Source of the DNA: Cyanophora paradoxa CCMP329
Lineage: Eukaryota; Plantae; Glaucophyta
NCBI GenBank assembly: GCA_004431415.1
Contig: QPMI01000242.1
Span: 59,149-123,148, forward strand
Direction: 5' to 3'
DNA: 64,000 nucleotides
Shown in pieces: positions 35,392 to 47,200 of this stretch. A program made the position numbers and the translations under genes. The notes under the pieces were generated by a model that saw nothing but the letters and a program-made list of their open reading frames with translations, had not been told where the DNA came from and searched no databases. Position 1 is the stretch's first letter; every line of letters starts with the position of its first letter.

Positions 35392-37862
35392 ATGGCCGCT
35401 AGGCCCTTGAACACGCCGACGTTGGGGGCGCCGCCGCCCCCGCTGCTGGACGACCCTCCGGCCCCCCCCAGCCTTGAGTCGATGGCGATCCCTTCGATGG
35501 ATGTCTCGTCTCCCGAGGGAGTGCCCGCGAGCTACGCGAACATGTGCGTGTTCGGTTAACTGCTCCGAGCCGCCTCGAAGGCGACGGTGACACGAGCTCC
35601 AGGTACGGCCACACGATGGAAACCCCATCTCCCTCGGCGATGGACCTGAACCAAGTTCGCGTGAACGTGTCGAACGCGCCTGGCACGCTGGGCGCGACGA
35701 GGCCCGGTCTGCCGGGGATCCCGGGCGCTCCCGCGCCTGGCACGCTGGGCGCGACGAGGCCCGGCCTGCCGGGGATCCCGGGCGCTCCCGCGCCTGGCAC
35801 GTTGGGCGCGACGAGGCCCGGCCTGCCGGGGATCCCCGGCGCTCCCGCGCCGGGCGCGGCGGGCGCTGGGAGGTCCGGCCTGCAGCCCTTGAGCACGACG
35901 GGGCCGGAGGCGCCGGACGGGGCGGGCGGGCCGCCGGTGCCGGGGCGGGCGCAGCTGCAGAGCGCGAGCGGGCGGAAGTTCTCGGTGTCGGGGCGGAAGG
36001 CGAGCAACCTGTGGATGGGGAAGCGGCGGGCGTCGCAGCTGGCGAGCGACTACTACACGAACGAGCTGCACCGGCTGGCCGTGGAGCAGGCGAGCCCGAA
36101 GTCGTGCTGGACGCCGGGCGTCATCATCTGCTGCATCATCGTCTTCCTCTGCGTCGCGGCCGCCGTGGTCGTCCCCTCCGTCATCCTCACGCGCCCCGGG
36201 AGCAGCCCGACGCCCTCGCCCTCGCCCAGCCCGACCCCCTCCCCCATCCCCATCGTCGAGACGCTCGTCTTCGAGGACAGCTTCGAGGGCAGCGCCCTCG
36301 ACCGCTCAAAGTGGAACGTGCGCCTCCCGCTGCAGCCCCGGCCCCGCTTCCCGCCCCCCGCCGCCTCGGCGTGCGACGGGCCGGTGGCAGGTGGAGGTGA
36401 GCGCGGCGGGGGGCGGCAACTGGGAGTTCCAGGTCTACTTGAACAAGGAGGCCTCGACACCGCCCGGCAACTTCTACGTGAGCGGCAGCAAGCTGCGCAT
36501 GCGGCCGACCCTCACAGAGAACCTCCCGCACAACATCACCCACGCGCCGCTCAACCTGACGGAGAACGCACCCGGCTGCAACAACAAGTACGGCGGCTGC
36601 TGCACGGACACCTCCAGAGCTTCCCTCGTGGACTTCGCTGGCTGCGAGAGGTCCGAAATTTGAAGTTCTACCGCTGCCTGAGTTCCGCGCCGGCGGGAGG
36701 CGCCTTACGGGGAGTGCAGGGACCCCGCCAAGCCGACGGATAGCCCGACGGGGATTGTCAACCCCGTGGCGAGCGCCCGCATCAACACGCGCAACAAACC
36801 CGGCGGCCACATCAAGTACGGCCGGGTGCGAGCGCCCGCACCGGCAGCGGCGGATGCGGCGGCGGCCTGAGGCGCGGGCAGGTGGAGGTGAAGGCGCGGA
36901 TGCCGCGGGGCCGCTGGCTCTGGCCGGCGATCTGGATGCTCCCCGTGAACGAGACGTACGGGGAGTGGCCCCTCAGCGGCGAGATCGACATCGCCGAGGG
37001 CTGGGGCAACCCCCGCACCAGCGGCGACGACGACATGCCCGGCGTCCACATGGTCACCTCGACGCTCCACTGGGGCATCGGCTACCCCTCGATGTACACC
37101 ATGACGCAGTGGACCCAGATCCGCCAAGCCTCGCCGAGCCCCGCCGACTTCGCCACGCAAGAGATCATCTACGGCCTCTACTGGGACGAGAAGGCGCCGC
37201 CCCCGCCCTCCCCCGCCTCTTGAGCGCCTCGCGAGCGCTGCCCACAGGAACTCCGCACGTACTACAAGCTCTCGGAGAACGACGTGCAAAACCCGATCTC
37301 TGAATTCAAATTCCCGGAGAACGGCTTCTTCAAATTCGCCGGGTCTCGCTGGCCCATCGGCAGCAAAGACCCCTGGGGCGGCAAGTGCGCGACGCGCCCC
37401 GCACCCCCGGGCGCACGGCGCGGGAAGCGCTGAGAGGCGGGCAGATCGAACGCGCCCTTCGACCAGCCCTTCTACCTGATCATCAACCTCGCGGTTGGCG
37501 GCACCATGGGCTACTGGTCCAAGTTCGAGAGCATCGGCCAAGCCGCCTGGAGCGGTGTCCCCCCGGGCAAGGTGCGCCATCCGCGTCCCGACCCGCCCCC
37601 GCTCGCTCCGGCCTCTCCCCCGCCCACCTCTCGCGCCCCATGACGCTCGTTCCCTGCAGGAGATGAAGAAGTTCTATGAGGCGAAGGACACGTGGAGCGG
37701 GGGGGCAAACGGCCAAGGCTGGTGGCCCGAGTGGCAGGCCCAGGGCTCCAACAACGAGTTTGTCGTACGGCCCGCGCCCCGCTCCCTTCCTATGTGTCCC
37801 CAATGCGCCCGCAGATCGACTGGGTCAAGATGTGGGAGCGTCGCCCCCAGACCTCCAAGTAG
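35392..37862 (+). CDS. Membrane-anchored GH16 beta-1,3-glucanase/laminarinase-like protein
   Basis: TM segment (GVIICCIIVFLCVAAAVVVPSVIL), LVFEDSF, GGGNWEFQVY, KYGRVEVKARMPRGRWLWPAIWMLP, WPLSGEIDIAE (ExDxxE intact), APFDQPFYLIINLAVGG, IDWVKMW. Confidence 0.92.
35675..35855 (+). repeat. Coding tandem repeat (APGTLGATRPGLPGIPGAP x3) in the GH16 N-terminal tail
   Basis: Three near-identical in-frame units. Confidence 0.9.
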
Positions 37863-39364
37863 AAGGCCACTGGTCATGGGTCGATTTCGACATATTAGGC
37901 CTTCTTCGATTTCTTTTCCTAGTACGATCCTCTAACGTAGTAATCTGAGAAGGCTAGAAGAGTGGTAATTTAGTTCTAGATTTAGTGAATTTCCCGTTGC
38001 ATCTGCATGCACGACCATCATGGCATCATGGCCATGGCACTGGCGCCGGCCTGCCCAGCTGCACTGCGGCAACGCCAGGCTGGCCATGGGGCGGCATCGA
38101 TATCATGATCATGATCATGGTGCCACGGTGTTCCGAAGTTCAAGATTGCAGGCCGGCGCCGGCGCCGGCGCGCCAGGTATATATCCGATGATCATCTGAT
38201 GAAGGTATATATGCGCATGCAGCTTGAGGCCTAGGAGGGGGAGTTCGAGGCCATGGGGGGCCGCCGGGACCGGGGGGCCGGGCCGCGGGCCGGGCCGGGG
38301 CCCGGCGCGCGGCCGGGCCCGGGGGCCGGGGAGGGCCGCGGGCGGGGGGGGGTGCATGCGCATGTTTAAGAATTTTTTATCGAACTCAGCTTCGCCGACG
38401 TCGACAATCAGATTCCGGCCCGCGCGTGCGCTTCATAGCCAGATCGAAGCACTTCTCAACCGTGGCAGGCAAAGTTGCAAACCCCGCGGCCGTGGGACCC
38501 GCTGCTCCATCCTGTCCTGTCATCGCCGCTTGCCGCAGTGCCGTACAAATACACACTCGGCTCTGTGGACTTCTTTTACGTTTGTGCGTTGAATTATGAA
38601 GGCCAACCTCTGAGCGCTTTGCAAGTTCCCGATCCGGCGTCACAGATCAGGCGCGTCAAGGGTTTCTGGTGAACCTGACGCGTTAGCGTCGCTCAAAGGG
38701 ATCTACTAGCCCGAACCTGACGCGTAAGCGTCAAAGGATGAGCGCTGTCCAGTATTCACTTTACCACGTGCCCGAGGCGGAGTTCTGGTGCGCTGCGGCC
38801 GCTTTCCCACACATACCGCTTTAGCTCCCACCTACATCCGTGTCTTAGTTTCTTGCCCGACTGACGCGGAGGTGCGCAGGAAAGCGCGTGTGCACAAGGA
38901 GTCAGGGACGCTGCAGCGGGAGCCGTCGACGACGCGGCTGGCGCGGAGCCCGCCGCGGGGCGCGGTGGCGCCGGCGAGCTCGTCGCTGGCGTACTGGCAG
39001 TCGGGCTCGATGACGACGAGCACGATGGATCCACAGGAGCTCTTCGCCCGCGCCCGGAAGGCCCAGCGCGCCAAGTCCCCCGCCGCCCGCCTCAAGGCCG
39101 CCAACCGCGTCCCCGGCACCCACCCCGCGCACCTTGCTCCCGCCCCGAGCCCCGCCCCGCGCCGGTAGGCGCCCGTTGCCGTCGGATCCGGAGCTGCCCG
39201 AGCGACCCAAGCGTCGCCGGCCCTGCCTTGCCCGGGCGTTTTTTTGGCCTGCAAGCGCGCGTCTATTCGCTTTTTCGTAGTCATGGTAGCACAGCAGAGT
39301 TGACACAGCAGTTTGAAAAAGTAGGAACGTGGGAGGGAAGAGAGGGGCGGGGCGGGAGAGGGGC

Positions 39365-41075
39365 TCAGGGGGCGAGCTGGTCGATGCCGAGGTGGATTCG
39401 GCGGGTGAGGACGGCGGGGAGGGTGCGCGCGGAGGGGGCGAGGCGGGCGGCGGCCTCCTCGGGCGGCAGGCGCCGCACCAGCGCGTCCTCCCCCGCCGTC
39501 CATGGCCGCCGCTCCCGCCCTGCGCCCCGTCGGCGGCGGCCCGGGGGCGCGGGGCGGGGCGGGGGCGCGGACGGGGGCAGCGGCCGCGGAGGAGCTCGAG
39601 GGCGTCGAAGTAGTCGCGGGTGGCGTAGAGGGCCTCCACCGCCTCCAGCCCGCTCGCCCCCGCCGCCTCCCGTAGCCGCGCCAGCTGCCGCCCCGCCGCC
39701 CCCGCCGCCGCCCCCGCGGGGCCCGCCACCACGACCGCCTCGCGGGCCTCCCACCCCTCGTCCACGTCCGCGCTCGCCTCCGAGCCCGCCGACCCGCCCC
39801 GCCCCGCCCGCCCCGCCCCGCTCCCGCCCCGCCCTGCGCCCCCTCAGCCGGCCCCCGCCCCGCGCCACGCCACCCGGCGCACCTCGGCCGGTTCGCCCTC
39901 CTCCGCCGCCTGCGCGGCCCCTTCCACCCTCCGCCTCCCCCGTCGCCGCCGCCGACTCGGCCTCCGCCTCGGCCTCGGCCCCGCCGGCCCTCTCAGCCTC
40001 CCCGCCCCCGCCTCCTCCGCGCCGGCCTCCCTCCGCCCGCCCCGCGCCTCGGCGCCGGAGGCGCCCGCGCGCCCGCGGGTGCGCTTTGCCACGGGGACGG
40101 CCGCCTCTCCCGCCTCCTCCGCCTCCTTCTCCCGCCCCGCGGCCTCCCCGCGGCCGCCCTCGCCGTCCTCCTCGCTCTCGTCCGGGCAGGGCCGGGGGCG
40201 CTTGGGGCGGGGGAGGGGGAAGCCGGCGGGGCCGCGCGGCAGGCCGTCGAGGCGCGTCTTCCAGCGGTTCTTCATCGACTCCGCCGTGCGCTCCAGCAGC
40301 TGAGGTCCGTCGGCCCCCGCCGGGCGGCGCGGGGCGGCGGGGGCGGACCTTGGCGCGCTCGGCGGCCTCCCAGAGTGGCATGGAGCGCGGGTTCAGCTGC
40401 GGGTGCGCCTCCGCCCACCGCAGCAGCGCCGCATCCTCCTCCGCCCCAAACGCCGCCCCCCTTGGCCCCCGCCCGCCCCCTTCCCCTTCCCCGCCGCCCC
40501 GCCCCGCGCCGCCGCCGCCGCCGCCGCCGCCGGCGGCGGAGTGGAACGCGGGCGGGGCAGGGAGGGCGGTGCCGGGGCGGCGGGGCGGGCGTCGGAGCGG
40601 CGGGCGCGGGCCTCGAAGGAGCCGTCCTCGCGGAGGACGTACTGGCTCAGGTCCTGCGCCCGCCCCCTCGCCCCGGCCCCCGCGCCCCGCCGCCCCCCGC
40701 CGCCCGCGCACGTGCAGGATGTGGTCCCGGAAGCAGTCGTCGAAGAAGCTCACGTGGTACTGCGGCCTCCCGTACCGGTCCTTCGCTCGCACCATGTAGT
40801 ACGCGTACTGCGCGAGCCTCAGCGCGCCGCGGCGCACGGGCGGCTTCGCGCGCACCTCCGCGCGCCTCGCGACGCTGCCACCGCGCCTCTGCGCGCAGGC
40901 GCATGAGCTGCGACACAGAGCACCGAGCAGAAGGACGCGGCCGGACTTTGATGGCGTCCTCGTACGCCGCCGCGTCAGCCCGGCTCTGGAAGTAGAATTC
41001 CATCTTCTCTCCCCGAGACGCATCGGAGAGGAGCTCCCTGTCCTGACTCTCGTCGAAATGCGCGTCGCCCTGCAT
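39365..41075 (-). CDS. RAP1: Rap1/TERF2IP-like telomere protein (BRCT - Myb - RCT)
   Basis: BRCT-like (MEFYF...AIK|RRGGSV...YHVSFFDDCFRDHILH|DLSQY); Rap1-type Myb (FGAEEDAALL...LW...RTAESMKNRWKTRL); acidic linker; RCT-like (AVEALYAT...ALELL...PWTAGEDALV...AVLTRRIHL). Confidence 0.7.
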
Positions 41076-41242
41076 TGCCCGTTCGCCTCACGCGCTTGCC
41101 TCGCCGTCTGTTGCAATTGAACAAAACTCGGCCTGTGACACGCGTCTACGGGTACAGCCAGGGTTCGCCGCCCATAAATTATGGAAAAAGTATTCCATAC
41201 TTTTTCGAAAAATTATGGGATAATTTTTGCCCCCCCTTTCGG

Positions 41243-44200
41243 TTTTTTTTTTTCACGATTTGCATTAGCACACAACAACAACTACTAGGAGTTTCACATC
41301 GCCCAATTTATCTCTCCGACTAGATAACACTGAGGACCGTCGAGTGCTGTGCTCTGTCTAAATGGTAGGTTTGGTGCTGGGCTATCTGTATATCTAGCTA
41401 CACTGGAGGTCTGAAATAGGTTTGTAGCTAGCTTTAGCTATAGGTAGCTATTTATCTGTCGCTAGCGCTAAGTCTGATCTGCAGCTATTTTGATTTGTAT
41501 ACTAGGGTCCCTGAAAGTGAAAAGGAAAGGAAAGTAGCTAGGGATCCCGGCTCCCGTCTGCAGGTGTATACACCCCGATCGATTTTCGCTGCTCCTCGCC
41601 AGCCCCAGCCGGGTGGGCTACTGGCTCGCCTCCGCCTCCGCTGTCTTGGTGTTGCCTCCCCCGTGCCCCTTATGAGACCCCCCCCCAGATAGCGCCCATT
41701 TTATCCCTTCAGCGCGGCCTGGTCCGCGCCGTGCCCACGCCCCAATCATACCTGTTGGTGTGGTCGTACAGCTGCATCGCTTCGGCAGCCGCTGCCCAGC
41801 CGTAGTCCTCCGTCATCACTGAATTCGCACACACCGAGACAGTACAGCTAGTGATGTAACTGGGGTGTCTGACTGTGTCATGTCGAAAGGTAACAATTTA
41901 GGCTAAGGCGCAATGCTAGCCATCAGAAACCGGACAGGGTGGAGCTATTGTACTGAGGAAAGCGACCTACACACACCTAGCAACGCTACTTACTCCTACC
42001 TAGAGAGCCAAATCAGGCCAGAGCAACCATAACCCCCCCTCAAGACGTGGGAGCCTACAGGAGAGAACCCAGGTATAAGCGAGGATATGGGGTTGGAGCC
42101 GCGCAGCCTGAACTATAGCCCTCCATCTGATAGGGAAGATGCACACTAAGGGAACAAAGCCAGCTAACCCAGGGAGGGCCGGAAACCGGAGCCCGTGAGA
42201 GCCCGGGTGAAAACCGGCGGGCGCACAGCGTCGCCAGCCGAGACCAGCAAGCTGTGCTCCTCGGCCGAGAGATACCTCCTCCAGCTGGCGCGCGTGCGCA
42301 CGCGGAATCCGCTGCGGCGGGGTTGGGAGGCCCCGGGCCGCCCGAGTGCTCAGAAGCACATCGCCTCGCCAGGAATCCAAGCATCTGTGCGGCCGCGACG
42401 CCCACGGCCGCGACGCGGGCGTGCACTCACACGACCGACGATCATCTGCGCGGGCGCAGCGCAGGTCGCCGACCCCATAGCCGCGGGCGGCCGATCGCTA
42501 CCGCAGAGAAGTGCTTGGGCTGAACGAGAGAGCAGCTGCTAAAGCCGCCGCTGGTGTCCGCTGGAGTGGCTCGCCGAACCGACCCACGGAGCGGATTCCT
42601 AACGGACGCGCGGCTAACCAGCTAAAGGAGGGATGGAGGCGCCGCCGAGGCGATTCGCGGCAGCCGGAGAGGCGCCCAGCGGGCAGGAGCCCGCCACCTA
42701 CTTTCTCTCCAGGTCGGGGTACGCGAATCCCGTAGTCCTCCGGGGGACAGTTCAGCGATGCGTATTCCAGGTTTTCCCCACCGCCGCGGTGCCTGGACAT
42801 TAGCGCGTGGCACGCGGCGCACCGTTCTGTGCACCGCTCCTTGGTCGGCTGGCCTCGGCGCTGCCGGGATGGCCCTGCCGCGGATTGATCAGACTCGCCT
42901 GCCGCCTCGCGGACGCGCGCCTCGGTGCGTCTTCGCTTCGCGCGGCGCTCTTTCATCACCTTCGTGATCCCGCACGCTTTCTCCCACTCAGCGTAGGCCT
43001 TGCAGCGGGCGGCCCACGTCTTGTGGGCCTGCTCGCCTATCGCCGTCGTCAGCTTCCGCGTGACCTTGGCCGCCAGCTTCTCGTCCGGGATCGTCTCCCG
43101 GACCATGTCGGTGAGGCCCGCAGGCGGCAATCCACGGAGCACACAGATCTGTGTTCGACGTTCTAGCGGCGTGAGCGTCGGCTCGTTCACGCGCGTCACC
43201 TTGAGCGAGTTGCAGAGCGCTTGCGGGAGCGACCGCTGGAGCGGCTTCGCGAGCGCACCGCTTACAACAGCTGATATGCTTGCTTCTGCCGCAGCGCGCG
43301 CTTCCACCGCTACCGCGCTGAGGCACGTGAGCATGTGCTCGAGCGTCTCCTCCGTACCAGCGACTAGCCTGGGCGGCCGGCAATGTCTTGCTGCCGTGTG
43401 CCGCAGAGCACGCACAGCCCGTTTGGGTTCACCTCGCTGTACAGCTCTGGCGCGTCCCGCTTGCGGACCAGGGCCGTCGCCACGGTACCCAGCACCAGTT
43501 TCACATGCGTACCCCGGTAGCAGTTGCTTTCCCGGCTCACCCCGACGCGGCGGGGTCCCATCGCCATCTGATCGTACACAGCGCCGTGATCGACCGGCTC
43601 CCGCAGCCACTGGCCTGCCTGCGCCTGATTCGACCAGGCGAAGTGCGTATGATGCGCATGCAGCACTGCGGCGTGCCTCCGGGGATCGCCTTCGACCCGC
43701 CTCGCGGCTCCGTCCGACCCCTCGATCGTCAGGACCGCCGGCATGCTGAACTCCGGCGGCAGGAAGATGCCCTCATCGATCTCCGGCTGGTCGAGCTCCC
43801 TGGCGAGCTTCGCGGCGGCGTCGGCACGGTTGTTCATCTCATCAGTGCCGTGCGCTTTGACCTTGACTAGCTCGATTTCCCGGCTGTGCTCACGCTTCGC
43901 CAGGATGGCCCGGAATCTGGACCAAGCGTAGAGCTCGGCGCTGCACGGGTGGCGGACGTAGTCGCGCGCGTGCTTGTGGTGCGCATTCTGAACGAACTGT
44001 TTGTACCACGTGCAGACGTTCTGACTGTCCGTGTGCAGCCGCAGACCTGTAGGCGCGAGCACGTCGGCGACGATCGCCGCCTGGAGCTCTGCCTTGTTGA
44101 TCTCCTGGAGGCCGCGGAGCCGGCCGTACAGCGTGGACTCCTCTCCTTCCGGATTGAGGGGCGCAACATCCGGTGCGCGGGCCGGAATCACTATTCCAAA

Positions 44201-47200
44201 CCCCGCTCGGGCATCCGCTGTCTGACCGGCCCCCAGGCTCCCGTCCGTCCAGATGTTCAGCTTTCCTTCCGTCTCGGCGTACCGAGCGAGTTGTTCCGTC
44301 TCTGCCTTGGGCCACACTTCCAGCAGGTGCTGCCAGTAAAAGTTTTCGGTCCCGCCGTGCTGCAGATCGCGTGTCCATGTCTTGGGCCCCCCGCCCGTGT
44401 AGTAAAGGTCGCGCCGTTCCGCAGATTTCGACACGGGGCGGGCCTCGTCCCTCGGCTCCGTGCTCGGCGCCGCCGCGGCCGCCGCGTCCAAGGCTACGCG
44501 CAGGTCCTCCTCGGCCTCGGGGCTCAGCTCCTCGCGGAGGAAACGTGGGTCCTCGTCCTGGACCGCCTTCACGCGGGCCTGGCGGAGGAGCTGCTGGCGT
44601 CTCTCGTCTTCATTCAGTCCGGGATCGTAGTACTCGAGCGTCATCCGCCCAGCGGCCCCTTGCGCCCTCGTCGCGACTTCGTCTCCCGGCTCTCTCCGGC
44701 GACTAGATACGTCTCGGGTTCGCCGCCCAAGCTCAGGAGGGTGTCCTCTTCCTCCCACCAACCCTCACCGTTTGTCCAAGGGCCGTCGCACTGACTCATT
44801 TCCGGGCAGCGTGCCGGGATCGGGTGCTTACACCGCTCGTCGTGGTGCCAGTACATCTTTCCGGAGCCGGGACTGCCGTGTACGTTTCCGGGCGCCCCTT
44901 CACCTTCTCGTGCCTGCAGTGACCGTCGCACCGGCAGTAGAGTCCGGGCTCGCTCCCGTCGGCTTCGGGGTCCGCGCCGCTCGGTATCGGCACCCAGTGC
45001 TCAAGCAGGTATTCGAACGCAACGATGCTGCCCTCCGGCGCCCTCCCTCTGACTACCCGGCCCACGTAGGGCAATGCAGCTTCATCGTGGAGCGCCTCCG
45101 CCTCGAAGACGGCTACGAAAGTCCCCGGCGTCCACTTGACCTTGCGGGCCCCGCCGGGGAGCGAGGCCATGGCCGACGCGCGCGTGCCCGCCCTTCGCAT
45201 CGGGTGCCGCAGCTTCTTTCCGTCTACCGTGAGCGCGCCCACCAACTCTCGCCACCACGCAGGCTCGCTCTGCTGCAGCGTATCCTTGGGGCCTGCGTCT
45301 GCAAGTCTCGCCAGGTGCGCACGGTCTCGCCGTCCGCAGCGGTCACCGCATCCATCGTCACTGCGCCCGCCTTGTACAGCGCGGGGCCGCTACTCCAAAG
45401 ATCGAGCTCGGTATGTGCGTCGCGACGACGTAGCGTCGGTCGAGCCGCTCCGGATCAGGCCAAGGCGTCGTCCCGGGCATGGTGCGGAACGCCGCGTAGC
45501 GCGCGTGGTTCGACACCAGCCTGTACTTACGCCGCTGCATCTGCGGCATGATCGCAGCCAGGGAGTTCCCGCGGGCCAGTCCGCTGGAGACGGGCGCATT
45601 CAGGAACTCGGTCGGGAGCAGCGGCACGCCGAGGTCCTCCTGCAGCGCGCGCACTCGGTGCCGGACCGCCTGGGCGAGCAGCGAGCCCTCGGGTGCGCAG
45701 AGGCGGATCTGTGCCTCCGCGATCTGAGCCTCGGCCTGCAGGTGCTCGGTCCTTTTTAGGCTGTACCCCCCGTGGCTCCAGATCACGTAATTCGTCGTCG
45801 AGGCGGCGAGATTCGCGTGGTGCTTGACCACCCTTAGCCAGATGCGATCTAGCTCCTGGCACTGACCCTCGCTCAGGGTCATGAGCTTCAAGCCGTACGC
45901 GATTCGGGCCTGGACTACGGCCTCGACAAGGTAGCAGGCCTCGTTCGCGGTGAGCTTTTTACGCTCTATCAGCGCCACGGCTCCTCGCGCCTGATCGCAG
46001 ATGTACTGCCACTGACGATCCCAGTTCAGGTTCGCGCTCATATGCACCCCGAGGAGCTTGAAGTGCTCGTGGGGCTGGCGGACGAGCCCGACGGGGGTAC
46101 CGTTAATCTTCGGCGGGGAGGGCCGCTTCTCCTTCTTCTTCGCGGCGGGGTGGGCCCCCGGTTTGCTCTCAGTCTCGCGGCGTGCGTTGTTCCACGTGAA
46201 GATCGTCTTCTTCGCGTTGACCTCGATATCGTGCAGGCGGAAGAATTCGCCGGCCACGTCGGCCTGGGCCTGCAGCCCCCGCAGGCTGCCGCTCATCCAC
46301 TTCGTGTCGTCGGCGTACGCCACGCCGCTGACGCGGGCCCGGGCCGCGCGTTCCGCGGCGTCTGTCTCTCTCGGGTTCCCCATTACGTACGCTGTACCCG
46401 GCTCCTCCGCCGTCTCAGGGTGAGCATATTGCTCTATCGTTTTCGCCACCTTCTTGCCGCACTCTCGCTCGTGCTGATCCATCCGCACTTGCGCGCAGAG
46501 GAGCGCATCGTAGAAGATCAGCCAGTGCAGCGGCGACTCGACGCCGCCCTGCGGCAGCCCGCACTCGAGCTCGAACTCGTCCGAGAGGCCGTGCCCCGAG
46601 ATCGCCCTGGCCCGACGGCGTCGGAATATGTTCCTGTGGAGCTCGATGTAACCCTCCGGTACGCGCAGCCTCCGCATCGAGAGCTCCATGCTCTCCCACG
46701 AGACGGAATCATACGCGCGCCTGATATCCTGCAGCAGGACGTAGACGGGCTTCTTGTACTGCTTCGCGTCCTCGAGGACTGCATTAAAGACGTGGAGGGC
46801 GTCATCCGTCGAGCAACCAGGTCTGAAGCCGTAGTTGGCGCCCCTCAGGAACCCGTTCTCATGTATGGTCCGGGACAGGCGCGCGTTCAGGAGGCCCGTG
46901 GTGAGCTTCAGGGCGACCTCCTGGAGGGTAATCGGCCGCAGGTTGTTATCGATGTCTCCGTCCCATTCCCCTTGCTTCGTGATGCCAAGGATGTTGCCCT
47001 GACACATGGCGTCCGGCAGGTCCCGCAGGCGGATCGCCTCCGCCACCAGCGAGAGCAGCAGCTTCCGGCCCCAGTGGACCGGCTCGCCCTCGGCAGCCTC
47101 ATCGGGGCCCCCATCCTCCTGTTCGGGGCGGGCGGGGGCCGCGCCCCCTGCCCCTTTGCCCTCGCCTTCCTCCTTTTTCTTGGGCACTTCCGCCCACAGG

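Noticed and set aside
43364-45400. Programmed frameshifting in the LINE
   Set aside because: There are several scattered small shifts without slippery sites, and host genes show similar indels, so sequencing error or decay is more likely.
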